NCBI GenBank assembly: GCA_947624085.1 | Contig: CANQIK010000001.1 | Span: forward strand, 1,781 to 65,780 | DNA length: 64,000 nucleotides | Direction of reading: 5' to 3' | Source: an uncultured Bacilli bacterium | GTDB taxonomy: Bacteria; Bacillota_I; Bacilli_A; RF39; UBA660 | Shown: positions 47,511 to 58,308 of the stretch, one piece after another | How the letters are laid out: every line of letters starts with the position of its first letter | Numbering within the stretch: the first letter of the stretch is position 1 | Translations under genes and position numbers: made by a program | Notes under the pieces: generated by a model | The model's database searches: none | What the model was told of the DNA's origin: nothing | What the model saw: only the letters and a program-made list of their open reading frames with translations

Positions 47511-48845
47511 ATGGCTAGATTGAAACGCAAAATTGATGAATTTTTACTAAAATGGCAAACTTCGGAAGATAAAATGCCCCTTATTGTCAAAGGCGCAAGA
47601 CAAATAGGCAAAACGGACGCTATTGAAAACTTTGCTAAAAATAATTATAAATATGTAGTGGAAATAAATTTTGCTTTACAAAAAGAATATAAAACGATAT
47701 TTGATGATGGTTTTGAGGTTGATACTATTATCAATAATATTTCTATCATAAATAATAATTTTAAATTTGTCCCTCGTGAAACTTTGATATTTTTTGATGA
47801 AATGCAAGATTGTATAAACTGTGCTACTTCATTAAAATCTTTTAATCTTGACAAAAGATATGATGTAATTTGTTCTGGTTCTATGATGGGTATTAATTAT
47901 AAAGAAATTGAGTCTAATAGTGTCGGTAATAAAATAGATTATACAATGCATTCCATGGATTTTGAAGAATTTTTATGGGCTAAAGGTTATAGTGAAGACC
48001 AGATAGAGGACTTATACTTATGTATGAAAAATCTTAAGCCCCTTACAACAACGCAATTTAATGTTATGATGCATAACTTTAGAGATTACATGATTTTAGG
48101 AGGTATGCCGGCCATTGTTGATAAATTTATTAAAAGTAAAAATTTCAGTGGTATATTACCTATGCAAGAACAAATTTTAAAAGATTATGAAGAAGATATT
48201 GCTAAATATGCCCAAGGCTTTGATAAAGCTAGAATTTTAAATGCTTATCGCAAAGTATCAACATTTTTAGGTAATGAAAATAAAAAATTTCAAATATCTA
48301 AAATAGCGGAGGGAGCTAGAAATAGGGAATATGTAAGGGCTTTAAACTGTTTATCGGACGCTGGAATCATAAATGTTTGTTATTGTATGGAAGATTGTGC
48401 TCTTCCCCTTAAAGGAAATTATAATCCGGATAATTATCGCTTATATTTTGCCGACACAGGTATTCTTATAGCTTCTCTTGATGATGAAGCCCAAGAAGAT
48501 TTACGTAAAAATCAAAATTTTAATACCTATAAAGGTGCTATCTATGAAAATATTGTTGCCGATATGTTAGTAAAAGAGGGTTATCAACTTTATTTTTATA
48601 AAAATGAAAAGGGTACAATTGAAATGGATTTCTTTATAAGAGATAGTAATTCTTTAATACCTGTTGAAGTAAAAGCTAATGATAATGCTACCGTATCATT
48701 AAATAAATTAATAGATAGTGAACAATTTAAAGATATAAAATATGGAATTAAATTGGGTAATAAAAATATTGGTTTTAATGGAAAATTTTATACATTCCCT
48801 TATTTTATGGCTATTTTTTTAAAAAGATTTCTTAATGACAAATAA
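47511..48845 (+). CDS. AAA+ ATPase with a DUF4143 C-terminal domain (COG1373 type)
   Basis: Walker A GARQIGKT and Walker B LIFFDEMQ. Length and layout are typical of AAA_14 + DUF4143 proteins. Confidence 0.85.
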   Translation: MARLKRKIDEFLLKWQTSEDKMPLIVKGARQIGKTDAIENFAKNNYKYVVEINFALQKEYKTIFDDGFEVDTIINNISIINNNFKFVPRETLIFFDEMQDCINCATSLKSFNLDKRYDVICSGSMMGINYKEIESNSVGNKIDYTMHSMDFEEFLWAKGYSEDQIEDLYLCMKNLKPLTTTQFNVMMHNFRDYMILGGMPAIVDKFIKSKNFSGILPMQEQILKDYEEDIAKYAQGFDKARILNAYRKVSTFLGNENKKFQISKIAEGARNREYVRALNCLSDAGIINVCYCMEDCALPLKGNYNPDNYRLYFADTGILIASLDDEAQEDLRKNQNFNTYKGAIYENIVADMLVKEGYQLYFYKNEKGTIEMDFFIRDSNSLIPVEVKANDNATVSLNKLIDSEQFKDIKYGIKLGNKNIGFNGKFYTFPYFMAIFLKRFLNDK

Positions 48846-48875
48846 TTGTGGTACAATTGTCATTGAGGTAGTATT

Positions 48876-50030
48876 ATGCGTGAACTAATTAAACTGAATA
48901 AGAATTATAAATATAATTTAGATAATAAACTTGTTATGCACCTAGACCCTGATTATGTTTATATCCCTATTAAGAAAAATTATAGTCTTTTAGTTAAAAA
49001 TAAAGATTTAGTTTTAAAAGAACAAATAATAATGGAAAATAATTTAAATAAAATTATTAGTCCTATTTCAGGGGTTGCTAAAGAAATAAAAATGCGTAAT
49101 ATTGCCGGTGCTTCCGTACCTTGTTTAGTAATTGAAAATGATTTCAAAGAAAAAACTAAATCAATGCGTAAAAAAAGTAAAATAGATAGTCGAGAAGCCT
49201 TAATAAGTAAGTTATATGAATATTATTTTAAATATATAGCTAGTGTATTAGAAACTCATAAAATAAATAATCTTGTTATAAATGGCATTGAAGATGAACC
49301 ATATATTTTTAATAATCCTTTTATTTTAAATAATTATTGTAAAGAAATCCTTGCCATGGCTGATATCATTGCCGATTTTTTTGCCATTGATAAAATTATC
49401 GTGGCTATAAAAGCTAGTGATACTTTAAATGTTAATAAGTGTTTATCTATTATTGGTACATATCCTAGTGTTAAACTTTCTTTAGTTGATGATAAATATT
49501 TATTAGGTAATAGTTATTTTCTTAAAGAATATTTACATTTAGAAGAATTAGATACTTTAGTATTAAGTGCTAAAGAGTTACTTGATATAAATAATGCGAT
49601 TAAAAATGAGCGCCATATAACGGAAAGTTTTATTACAATATCTGGACCATGTATTGAAAAAAGCAAAGTAATTAAAGTTAAAATTGGGACTTTATTTAAA
49701 GATATTATTGATAAAAATGTTAAATTAACTACCCCGAATGTTAAATATATTTTAAATGGCTTAATGACGGGGGAAGAGTGTGATATAGCTAATACAATTG
49801 TTGCTACATCTACCAAGGGAATTATTATTATCCCAGATGAAAAGCCTCAAAGTGAAGTTTGTAATAACTGTGGCTTATGCTATAAAATATGTCCAGTTAA
49901 AGTAAATCCTAAAAAAGTTATGGATACAGGTAAAATATCTAGTAACTGTTTAGATTGTGGTTTATGTAGTTATATGTGTCCTTGTCATATTAATTTAAGA
50001 AAATATTTAAGAGGTGAAAATGAAGAGTAA
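48876..50030 (+). CDS. RnfC-like protein with a 2x[4Fe-4S] C-terminus and a degenerate nucleotide/flavin-binding region
   Basis: ISPISGVAKEI (RnfC_N barrel-like), VINGIEDEPYIFNN (compare INGAECEPY in RnfC), an SLBB-like segment, then CNNCGLCYKICP and CLDCGLCSYMCPC. I found no GGxGFP-type motif. Confidence 0.55.
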   Translation: MRELIKLNKNYKYNLDNKLVMHLDPDYVYIPIKKNYSLLVKNKDLVLKEQIIMENNLNKIISPISGVAKEIKMRNIAGASVPCLVIENDFKEKTKSMRKKSKIDSREALISKLYEYYFKYIASVLETHKINNLVINGIEDEPYIFNNPFILNNYCKEILAMADIIADFFAIDKIIVAIKASDTLNVNKCLSIIGTYPSVKLSLVDDKYLLGNSYFLKEYLHLEELDTLVLSAKELLDINNAIKNERHITESFITISGPCIEKSKVIKVKIGTLFKDIIDKNVKLTTPNVKYILNGLMTGEECDIANTIVATSTKGIIIIPDEKPQSEVCNNCGLCYKICPVKVNPKKVMDTGKISSNCLDCGLCSYMCPCHINLRKYLRGENEE

Positions 50031-50871
50031 TGTCTATATTCATAAAACTAATATTACTAATTTTTTATTAAAACTTACTTTAGGTTTATTAGTTCCTTTT
50101 TTATTATTTGGTTTATATAAAAGTGGGTATCGCGTATATCATAATGGTTATGGGAATATTTTTACGCTTATTAAGCCTCTATTATATATGGTTAGTGCTA
50201 TTATCATAAGTTTTATATATGCTAAAGTTCATAAAACTAAATTTATTAGTTATAATTTACTTGCTAATATTTTAATAAGTTTAATTATTATCCCGGAAAC
50301 TAATTTCTTTTTAGCTATCTTTTTAATGCTTACTGTTAATGTTATAGGTTCTTTTGTTAAACTTAATATAACCGCTCTTTATATGGTTATCCTAATTATA
50401 ATTAGTATGCTTTGCCAAAACTATTCTTTTTTAAATATTTTTGAACAAGAAATTCATCATATATATGTTTTAATGGATTATCTTTTAGGCTTTGGTTATG
50501 GGGGAATATGTAATACTTTTCTTATTATGAGTATTATTTCTTTTATTGTTTTGCTATGTATTAGAGAATATAAAAAGGAAATACCATTATTAGCTTTTAT
50601 TACTTATTATGCTCTTTTATTAGTTAAACTTATTTTTGTTCGTGATTTTACTTCATCATTTTTTATTAATAATAATTTAATATTTGCTTATATCTTTATT
50701 GCTCCTTTGAGTACTGTGAGTCCCTATGCCAAGGGAAGCTGTTATATCTATGGTGTCTTATTAGGAGCTATAACTTTTGCTTTAAGTTTTATTAATCTTG
50801 ATTTAGGAGTTTACTTAAGTATTCTCTTATTATCGGTAATTTCTCCTAAAATAGATAAATTTCTTACTTAA
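50014..50871 (+). CDS. Polytopic membrane protein, possibly a degenerate RnfD/NqrB-like subunit
   Basis: It overlaps the RnfC-like gene by 17 nt. DYLLGFGYGGICNTFLIMSIISFIVLL resembles the RnfD D.FLG...GS.GE.S region, but the GATPL/FMN-attachment motifs are absent. Confidence 0.35.
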   Translation: MKMKSNVYIHKTNITNFLLKLTLGLLVPFLLFGLYKSGYRVYHNGYGNIFTLIKPLLYMVSAIIISFIYAKVHKTKFISYNLLANILISLIIIPETNFFLAIFLMLTVNVIGSFVKLNITALYMVILIIISMLCQNYSFLNIFEQEIHHIYVLMDYLLGFGYGGICNTFLIMSIISFIVLLCIREYKKEIPLLAFITYYALLLVKLIFVRDFTSSFFINNNLIFAYIFIAPLSTVSPYAKGSCYIYGVLLGAITFALSFINLDLGVYLSILLLSVISPKIDKFLT

Positions 50872-50945
50872 AAATGTAAAAAATAGTAAAATAAAAAAAG
50901 GAAATTGGGTACCTTTGCGTAATATATTATATATAGGGGATAAAT

Positions 50946-52688
50946 ATGGCATTTATTAATGAAGATAAAATTAATGAAATTAGAGAAAAAGCTAGTATTG
51001 TTGATATAATTGGTAGCTATATATCACTTGAAAAAAAGGGTAGTGACTATGTTGGCATTTGTCCTTTTCATGAAGACCATAGTCCTAGTATGCACGTATC
51101 AACAAAATTAAATATTTTTAAGTGTTTCGTTTGTGGCGCCGGCGGAAATGTTTTTTCTTTTGTAAAAAATTATTTAAATGTCCCTTATTTAGAGGCGGTT
51201 AAGCTAGTTGCTGATAAAGCTGGAGTTGATTTTAAATATACCCCTATTAAAAATGAAACAAGTAAGTTTAAAGCTGAATATGAGTTAATGGACCTTTCCT
51301 TAAAGTTTTATCAAAATAATATTGCCTCTACGCAGGGGCAAGAAGCCAAGAAATATCTAATGGGCCGAGGGATTGATGAAAATATTATTCGTGATTTTAA
51401 AATTGGTCTTTCCCTTAAAGAGATTAAGTTAAAAGAATTTCTAGAAAATAAAAAATGTTCACTAGAAAAAGCCTATGAGTTAGGGCTTGTTAATAAAAGT
51501 GGTATTGACTACTATGATATGTTTATTGACCGCATTATGATACCTATTTTCGATATGCAAAATAACTTAGTAGGGTATACAGCGCGAGCTTATCAAAAAG
51601 ATGAGCCCAATAAGTATATAAATACGAAAGAAACTATTATTTACCACAAAAGCAATATATTATTTAATTATTATAATGCTAAAGATATTGTGCGTTTAAA
51701 TAAAGAGATAATTGTTGTCGAGGGTAATATGGACGCCATATCGCTTTATGCTAGAGGTATTAAAAATGTAATAGCTTTAATGGGCGTTGCCTTATCCAAA
51801 GCCCAGCTTGAGGCTCTAAAACGCTTGAATGCTAAAATAATCTTAATGCTTGATAGTGATGAGGCTGGAAGTAATGCCACGCTTAAAGTAGGCGATGAAA
51901 TGCTTGAAGGTGGACTTGATGTTTATACCGTCCGTTTAAATGGAGCAAAGGACCCTGATGAATATATTCGCAAGTTTGGTACCGAGGCTTTACAAGATAA
52001 TATAAAATATGCCACTAAATATTTAGACTATAAAATTGAAGCATTAAAAAAGGGTAAAAATTTAGATAATCCCCAAGAATTAACTACTTATATAAAAGAT
52101 ATTCTAAATACTTTAAAAGATGCTGATGAATTACAAAAAGAGGTTACTATCGCTAAAATATGTAAAGAATATGGTCTTGACCCTAATATTATCAAAAAAA
52201 ATATGGAAATTGCCCCGGCTAAAACGCCTATAAAAAAAGCCGAAGTAGTTAAAACTAAACAAAGTCGTTATAATCTAGCGTGTAATCAAGTTATTTATGC
52301 TATGCTATTACATAAAGAATATTATCAAATTTTTATGAATAAACTTGGCTATTTAGGTAATAAAGTAGAAAGAGAGACTGTAGCCTTAATAGGTAGCTAT
52401 ATTAAACAAAATAATAACATAGATATTGCAGGTTTTATTGACTTTATCGTAAAATATGATAAGATAAGCGAGTATGTAAATGGGGTTATTTCTTCATTAA
52501 AAGTGGGGGATATGAGTGAAGAGGAATTTATTAGATTACTTGATATTATGGCTAAATGCATTGATGATAATGAAATAAAGAATTTAAAAGAACAAATAAA
52601 GATAGAGAATGATATGAATAAAAAGTTAGAGTTACTTTCTAAACTAACGGAATTAAAAAAGGATGTGGGAAAAAATGAAGGAAATTAA
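50946..52688 (+). CDS. dnaG: DNA primase
   Basis: Zinc ribbon [14 protein letters not shown]...[15 protein letters not shown] and a TOPRIM region (VVEGNMD...DSDEAG). Confidence 0.95.
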   Translation: MAFINEDKINEIREKASIVDIIGSYISLEKKGSDYVGICPFHEDHSPSMHVSTKLNIFKCFVCGAGGNVFSFVKNYLNVPYLEAVKLVADKAGVDFKYTPIKNETSKFKAEYELMDLSLKFYQNNIASTQGQEAKKYLMGRGIDENIIRDFKIGLSLKEIKLKEFLENKKCSLEKAYELGLVNKSGIDYYDMFIDRIMIPIFDMQNNLVGYTARAYQKDEPNKYINTKETIIYHKSNILFNYYNAKDIVRLNKEIIVVEGNMDAISLYARGIKNVIALMGVALSKAQLEALKRLNAKIILMLDSDEAGSNATLKVGDEMLEGGLDVYTVRLNGAKDPDEYIRKFGTEALQDNIKYATKYLDYKIEALKKGKNLDNPQELTTYIKDILNTLKDADELQKEVTIAKICKEYGLDPNIIKKNMEIAPAKTPIKKAEVVKTKQSRYNLACNQVIYAMLLHKEYYQIFMNKLGYLGNKVERETVALIGSYIKQNNNIDIAGFIDFIVKYDKISEYVNGVISSLKVGDMSEEEFIRLLDIMAKCIDDNEIKNLKEQIKIENDMNKKLELLSKLTELKKDVGKNEGN

Positions 52689-53760
52689 ATCATTTAAAGA
52701 AAGAGAAGAAGAATTAATTAAAGAAGGTAAGGAAAAAGGATTTATTACCTATGAAGGACTTGCCGAAAAGTTAAAAGGCCTTGAAATAGATAGTGATTTA
52801 TTAGATGAACTATATAATAAATTAATGGCTGAAAATGTTAGAGTTGTTTCTGAAAATGATGAAGCTGAAGATAATAACGGTGAAGAAGATATTGTTCTAT
52901 TAAAAGATGAAGAAATAACAAAAGATGTTAATATTAATGATCCTGTTCGGATGTATTTAAAGGAAATAGGTCGTATTCCGCTTCTTACAACCGAAGAAGA
53001 GACTGCTTTATCTGAAAGAATTAATCAAAATGATGAAGAGGCTAAAAGACTTTTAGCCGAAAGTAATTTACGGCTTGTTGTTTCAATTGCTAAAAGATAT
53101 GTTGGGCGGGGATTATTATTCCTTGACCTTATTCAAGAGGGTAATATAGGCTTAATGAAAGCTGTTGATAAGTTTGATTCTGGGCGGGGTTATAAATTTT
53201 CTACCTATGCTACTTGGTGGATTCGGCAAGCTATTACTAGAGCTTTAGCCGATCAAGCACGTACTATTAGAGTCCCAGTTCATATGGTTGAAACGATTAA
53301 CAAGATGGTTAGAGTGCAAAGACAAATGACGCTAGATTTAGATAGAGAACCTACTGATGAAGAACTAGCTAAAAAAATGGGTATTAGCGTTGATAAAGTT
53401 CGTGAAGTAATAAAAATATCTCAAGATCCCGTTTCGCTTGAAACACCAATTGGCGAAGAAGATGATTCTCATTTAGGTGATTTCCTTAAAGATGAAAGTT
53501 CGCTTTCCCCAGAAGAATATACGGAAAATGAAATCTTAAAAGAAGAAATTAAGCAAGTTCTAATGTCTTTACAACCTCGGGAACAAGAAGTTCTAGAACT
53601 TAGATTCGGCCTTATTGATGGTACTTGTCATACCCTTGAAGAAGTTGGTAAGAAATTTAATGTTACAAGAGAAAGAATTAGACAAATTGAAGCTAAGGCT
53701 TTACGTAAATTACGCCACCCATCAAGAGCTAAAAAGTTAAAGGACTTTTTGGAGGATTAA
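52663..53760 (+). CDS. sigA: RNA polymerase primary sigma factor (SigA/RpoD)
   Basis: Region 2 [18 protein letters not shown] and region 4 [30 protein letters not shown]. An alternative start is ATG 52675. Confidence 0.96.
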   Translation: MWEKMKEIKSFKEREEELIKEGKEKGFITYEGLAEKLKGLEIDSDLLDELYNKLMAENVRVVSENDEAEDNNGEEDIVLLKDEEITKDVNINDPVRMYLKEIGRIPLLTTEEETALSERINQNDEEAKRLLAESNLRLVVSIAKRYVGRGLLFLDLIQEGNIGLMKAVDKFDSGRGYKFSTYATWWIRQAITRALADQARTIRVPVHMVETINKMVRVQRQMTLDLDREPTDEELAKKMGISVDKVREVIKISQDPVSLETPIGEEDDSHLGDFLKDESSLSPEEYTENEILKEEIKQVLMSLQPREQEVLELRFGLIDGTCHTLEEVGKKFNVTRERIRQIEAKALRKLRHPSRAKKLKDFLED

Positions 53761-54392
53761 TGTTAAACAAAAGGCTAACAGCCATTGCGTCGTTAGTTAC
53801 TAAAGATAGCATTGTTCTAGATGTTGGAACTGATCATGCTTTATTACCTATTTATTTAATTAAAAATAAGATATGTCAAAAAGTATTAGCTAGTGACATT
53901 TCCCCTAAAGCATTAGAAAATGCTAAAGCTAATATTAAAAAATATAACATTACCAATATAACGTTATATGAAACGGACGGTCTTAAAGATATACCTAAAA
54001 AATATGATACTCTTATTATAAGTGGCATGGGAACTTCTACAATATTAAGTATTTTAGCTACTGATGATTTGCCAAATACCATAATTTTAAGCTCCAATAA
54101 TGACTTAGAATTATTAAGAGTAACCATGAATAAAAAGGGCTATAAAATTACGAAAGAACTAGTGGTTTACGAAAAAAATAAATATTATGATATTATTTTA
54201 TACGAAAAGGGTAAAGAAAGATTAACTAAATTTGTTAAAGAATTTGGTAAAAGTAATGATTTAGATTACTATAATCATCTTTATAAATTAGAAAAAAAGA
54301 TTTATGAAGTAGCTAACAAAGCCAAAAAAGGAAAATTAAAACATTCCCTAAAAAGACTTGGCAAAGCTATTGAAAAAAGGAAGGATTATTAG
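53760..54392 (+). CDS. trmK: tRNA (adenine22-N1)-methyltransferase TrmK
   Basis: RLTAIASLVTKDSIVLDVGTDHALLPIYL. It lies immediately after sigA, as yqfN/trmK does in Bacillus. Confidence 0.85.
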   Translation: MLNKRLTAIASLVTKDSIVLDVGTDHALLPIYLIKNKICQKVLASDISPKALENAKANIKKYNITNITLYETDGLKDIPKKYDTLIISGMGTSTILSILATDDLPNTIILSSNNDLELLRVTMNKKGYKITKELVVYEKNKYYDIILYEKGKERLTKFVKEFGKSNDLDYYNHLYKLEKKIYEVANKAKKGKLKHSLKRLGKAIEKRKDY

Positions 54393-54633
54393 AATTGTTC
54401 ATAATGGGCCTTTTTTTATTGATATTTTCGCTGTTATTTGGCGTATTCATAACACCCTTGTTAAGGGAAGCATTAGTCATTTCTTTTAAGGCTCCAAATG
54501 CTTTCCGGGCATTTTGCACCATGGGACTTAATTGTTGATAAATGGGTATTACTTGATTAGCTACATTTAATGATTTAGAAATTCCCCCGAGAAGTCTTGA
54601 AAAATTAAAGCCACTTGGTATATTTGGGAACAT
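54367..54633 (-). CDS. Small protein, possibly YqfQ-like
   Basis: ANQVIPIYQQLSPMVQNARKAF resembles the conserved QQYGPMVKN core of YqfQ-like proteins. It sits 54 nt downstream of giant paralog 1 on the same strand. Confidence 0.35.
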   Translation of the reverse strand: MFPNIPSGFNFSRLLGGISKSLNVANQVIPIYQQLSPMVQNARKAFGALKEMTNASLNKGVMNTPNNSENINKKRPIMNNSNNPSFFQ

Positions 54634-54687
54634 AACATCACCTATATAATTATATGATAAATAATTAATATTGTCTTAATCAGCGTA

Positions 54688-57600
54688 TTAATTTCTCGTT
54701 TTCTTTTTTAACCTTCTACTGTTAGAACCCTCTAATAATTTTATTTGTAAATCTAATTCTTTGTATAGAGCTTTCATTGGTTCTTCAGTTAAATCATAAT
54801 CCCCAAGAAGTTCAATGTCTTTTTGAATATCTATAATATGTTCATAACCTTCATATTCAAAAATGATTTCTTGCAGGTTAGTAGCATATATTGTTTTTCC
54901 TTCATGTTCTTGTTTAGAGAAAAAATAAGTAAGAATTTGGTTATAAATGTTATAATTTTCCGGATTATAATCTTTAAATTTTAAACTTGTAATAGCAGAA
55001 AAATTAAAGGCAGTTGGATCAATTTCCTTTATACTTGATGGTAAAGAAAGCTTTTCAAATGACTGATCAGCAAAAACTTTACCTTTTATTTGCGTAATAG
55101 TTCCATCACCTAAAAATTCAATACTTGCTATAGGGGTGTCTTTGAATAATGGCTCATCTCCTTCAATAACTTGGACATTAGGAAACATAACTTTCATATC
55201 TTTATTAATTTGCCGTAATTTATCAAGCATTATTTTTTCGCCTTTTAATGTTTCAGGATTATGATAAAAACTTGTATTAATTTTGGCTATGCACGCAGGA
55301 AAACGAGGAAGTCCTACAAATGAATTTCTAAAAGGAGGATAGATATGTTTTAAATAAAGATCACAGAAGTCATAAAATGACTTTCTAAATTTAAAGTAGC
55401 TATAAGGATGATCATGAGATGACTTTACGTTTGTAAAATTCAAATTTGAGTAATAGTATATTTCCATAATATCAAGTAAACTAACTTCGTTAGAAAATTT
55501 GAAAATTTTAGTATCTTTGAATAATTTATCATTTTCAATATTTACTGGTAGTTTTTTAAATATACTAGCAAAACCTCTAAATTCAAACATTGCTGAAAAT
55601 ATATTAAGTAAATAATAATCGGTTAATATTTTATAGGGATCTATTTCTTCTTCACCATTTTTTAAAATATCAATAAATACTTCCCTAAGTTTAGGCGTAT
55701 CTTCCCCAAAAATACTAACAGTAAAATAGGTTGTAAATAGTTCATGATCAATACCTTGTAAAGTTTCTAATATAAATCTTTGATAACAGGCAATTTCTTC
55801 ATGGGGACTTTGAACACTTATAAATGGCTCGATTACTTTCCCGCCCAATGTCAATATTTTAAATTTAAGAACATAAAAATTATATAAAGTATCATTATTA
55901 ATATATTTATTATTTCCATATCTAGCAAAAGCTAATAATTTAGTTTCGATTGCTTTCAAATCATCTAATGAAACATAATAAGATTGTTCATACATCGCCT
56001 GAAACTTTTCTAAAACTTGTTTTTCTTTTTCTTCATTATTTTGTAGATATTCTCTTAAATTTTCTTCAATTTCTATACAACTATGTAACATACAATCAAG
56101 ATCATTTTCGCTGTACACAGAAAAAGTGACGCGTTTTGCTAAAGGAAATAAGTCATTAAATGCATTATACGTTTGAAGCTTTTCATAAATTAAACTTTTA
56201 AAATAATCAACACAATGCTCATATATATAAAAAGAATATTTAAAAGTCCGTAATATAAACTTTGGATAATAACCTAATTGAACAAACATAGTATGTAACA
56301 TAGCTGAGTTAATTATGACATCTTCATCTAATTCATTTATATGAATAGTAATACTTTTACAGTTGTTTGATTCTAAGTATTCCTCCCAAGTCGGACACTT
56401 TTCACCGTAGTTGAAAATTTCAGATAATTTATAATTTAATATGGAGTTAACATCATCTTTTTTTTCATTGTCTATAATTGGAATACCATTGGTACTCATA
56501 TTGAAAATAATATTTTCAATACTAGAATTTACTTTAGCTATGTAAATAACTTGTTGAATGGTAGAAGGGAAGGTAATAGTTTTATAATGAAATAGATATT
56601 CTGCGTCGTCGATTTTTTGCAAGCCTTCATTAAATACAAACCCCTTAACTGAAGCGGTTTCAAAAATGTCTAAAGATATGTTTTTTAAAGTACTAGGGAA
56701 ATATACTATTTTATTTTTAGCATCTTCACGTATTTTTTTACAAAGTTTTAATAAAAAACCATCTTCATAAGGATGAAGATATAAATTTTCAATACCCTCG
56801 GGCAAATAATATTTGTCATCTTCTTTAATATTATTTTCACTACAAATTAGATATAATTTACCGAAATTGTATGCTTCACTTTTTAACTTATTTTCATCGG
56901 CAACACTATCTAAATAACAAGCAGTTTCAAACGGAATAATACTTTCGATTTGTATATAATGAGCTTCATGTATATATGTATCAATTGGTGCCCAGGAACA
57001 AGAAACTTTACATTTAAACAGCTTCTTTAAACCATCTTCTGTGTTGAAAGAAAGCAAGAAGCTTAATAAAACATCATCATATAATATATTTGTTAATTTA
57101 TTTTGGTAAATTTCTTTTACTAAATTAATAGCATAACCAATATTATTTTTAAATTGATTATTAAATATTTCGTTTTGACCTAAAATTATTCTTTGATATA
57201 TATCAATAACGATGCTTTCATAATATTCAAGTTCTATTTTATCTTCCATCTTTTTAAATATAACCGTATCTACTAAAATAGTATCGCATACCAAAGCATT
57301 AAATTTTAAACTATAAAGAGTTGCTAAATCGGTTTCATCAATAGGTATATCCTTATATTCATTAGTCGAAGCGTAATCATAAAACACGCGATATTTAATT
57401 TCTAGTTCATCTATTTTATGGAGTATTTCATCTTTATGTTTTTCATCAAAGGGAATTGCAAGTATTGCTTCTATTTCAGCTTGCTTAGTTTCCATTGTAA
57501 TCTCGTCTTTATGCATATAAACATATTTTTCAAGCAAGATAGTAGCTTTAGCTAAATCGGAATATATAGATTTACTGTTAATATCTAATTTGACTCTTTC

Positions 57601-58224
57601 TTCGGTTGGCAAAATATTTTGTAACCATGTTAAATAATCTATTTTTCTTATCCTTAAAATAACGACGTCTTTATATAAATTATTGTTTAGATAACTACGA
57701 ATGCTATTAATTATACTAATTTGATTAGTAATTAAAATGTTAAGAGAGATATATAATCTATTTAAGACATTATTGATTGCTTCTTTTTTTAATCTTGAAA
57801 GTATAAACTTTTCTTTTTTTACTTCATTAAGAGCAATAAGGCGCGCAATTACTTCATTTTGATAAGTTATAATGTCATTTAAATATAGTTTTAATTTAGC
57901 ACAATTTATTAGATAATTAATTTTACGTTTATAAATAGAAAGATTTTTATCTCTATCAGTAAGATAGGTATTTTCTAAAAGTTCTATTATCATTGTAATA
58001 TTATAGTTAAGTTCATCTGCTTCCAAAATGAGAGCATTACTATGTTTGATATTAGAAAGTGCAGTTTGATATTCAGCTTTATAAAAATCAACTAAAGCAT
58101 CATTTTGAAATTCTTGCCGGGTAGGTAGTTTAATATTACTTTCGGGGCATGACAAATCAGTAGCATATGACTTGCTATTTTTAAAGGCATTTTTAAGTTT
58201 AGCAAAAAGCTCTGAAAAAGGCAT
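54688..58224 (-). CDS. Giant hypothetical protein, tandem paralog 1 (1178 aa): helical head plus two repeated modules with BspA/LRR_5-like strands
   Basis: Uninterrupted 3.5-kb ORF. SD GGGGGG lies 8 nt upstream. There is no signal peptide (MPFSELFAKLKNAFKNSK). LRR_5-like VYFPSTLKNISLDIF..GFVFNEGLQKI..KTITFPSTIQ and KVFADQSFEKLSLPSSIKEIDPTAFNFSAITSLKF. Confidence 0.85.
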   Translation of the reverse strand: MPFSELFAKLKNAFKNSKSYATDLSCPESNIKLPTRQEFQNDALVDFYKAEYQTALSNIKHSNALILEADELNYNITMIIELLENTYLTDRDKNLSIYKRKINYLINCAKLKLYLNDIITYQNEVIARLIALNEVKKEKFILSRLKKEAINNVLNRLYISLNILITNQISIINSIRSYLNNNLYKDVVILRIRKIDYLTWLQNILPTEERVKLDINSKSIYSDLAKATILLEKYVYMHKDEITMETKQAEIEAILAIPFDEKHKDEILHKIDELEIKYRVFYDYASTNEYKDIPIDETDLATLYSLKFNALVCDTILVDTVIFKKMEDKIELEYYESIVIDIYQRIILGQNEIFNNQFKNNIGYAINLVKEIYQNKLTNILYDDVLLSFLLSFNTEDGLKKLFKCKVSCSWAPIDTYIHEAHYIQIESIIPFETACYLDSVADENKLKSEAYNFGKLYLICSENNIKEDDKYYLPEGIENLYLHPYEDGFLLKLCKKIREDAKNKIVYFPSTLKNISLDIFETASVKGFVFNEGLQKIDDAEYLFHYKTITFPSTIQQVIYIAKVNSSIENIIFNMSTNGIPIIDNEKKDDVNSILNYKLSEIFNYGEKCPTWEEYLESNNCKSITIHINELDEDVIINSAMLHTMFVQLGYYPKFILRTFKYSFYIYEHCVDYFKSLIYEKLQTYNAFNDLFPLAKRVTFSVYSENDLDCMLHSCIEIEENLREYLQNNEEKEKQVLEKFQAMYEQSYYVSLDDLKAIETKLLAFARYGNNKYINNDTLYNFYVLKFKILTLGGKVIEPFISVQSPHEEIACYQRFILETLQGIDHELFTTYFTVSIFGEDTPKLREVFIDILKNGEEEIDPYKILTDYYLLNIFSAMFEFRGFASIFKKLPVNIENDKLFKDTKIFKFSNEVSLLDIMEIYYYSNLNFTNVKSSHDHPYSYFKFRKSFYDFCDLYLKHIYPPFRNSFVGLPRFPACIAKINTSFYHNPETLKGEKIMLDKLRQINKDMKVMFPNVQVIEGDEPLFKDTPIASIEFLGDGTITQIKGKVFADQSFEKLSLPSSIKEIDPTAFNFSAITSLKFKDYNPENYNIYNQILTYFFSKQEHEGKTIYATNLQEIIFEYEGYEHIIDIQKDIELLGDYDLTEEPMKALYKELDLQIKLLEGSNSRRLKKKTRN

Positions 58225-58233
58225 GACTTTTTC

Positions 58234-58282
58234 CCCCCTTATATGGTGAGTATTATATCATGATTTGACATAAATAAATACA
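58234..58282 (-). promoter_or_regulatory. Conserved upstream block of paralog 1: SD plus extended -10 promoter
   Basis: The minus strand reads TGTATTTATTTATGTCAAATCATGATATAATACTCACCATATAAGGGGG. TGaTATAAT corresponds to + 58252-58260. An identical 49-nt block lies at 61906-61954. Confidence 0.55.
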
Positions 58283-58308
58283 AAAATATTTTTATTTTAT
58301 AGCCTTAT

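Noticed and set aside
58262-58270. A plus-strand TTGACA in the conserved block between the giant paralogs (also at 61934-61942), considered as a promoter firing in the plus direction.
   Set aside because: No suitably spaced -10 element and no plus-strand ORF follow it. The block reads as an extended -10 promoter plus SD on the minus strand, immediately upstream of each paralog's start codon.
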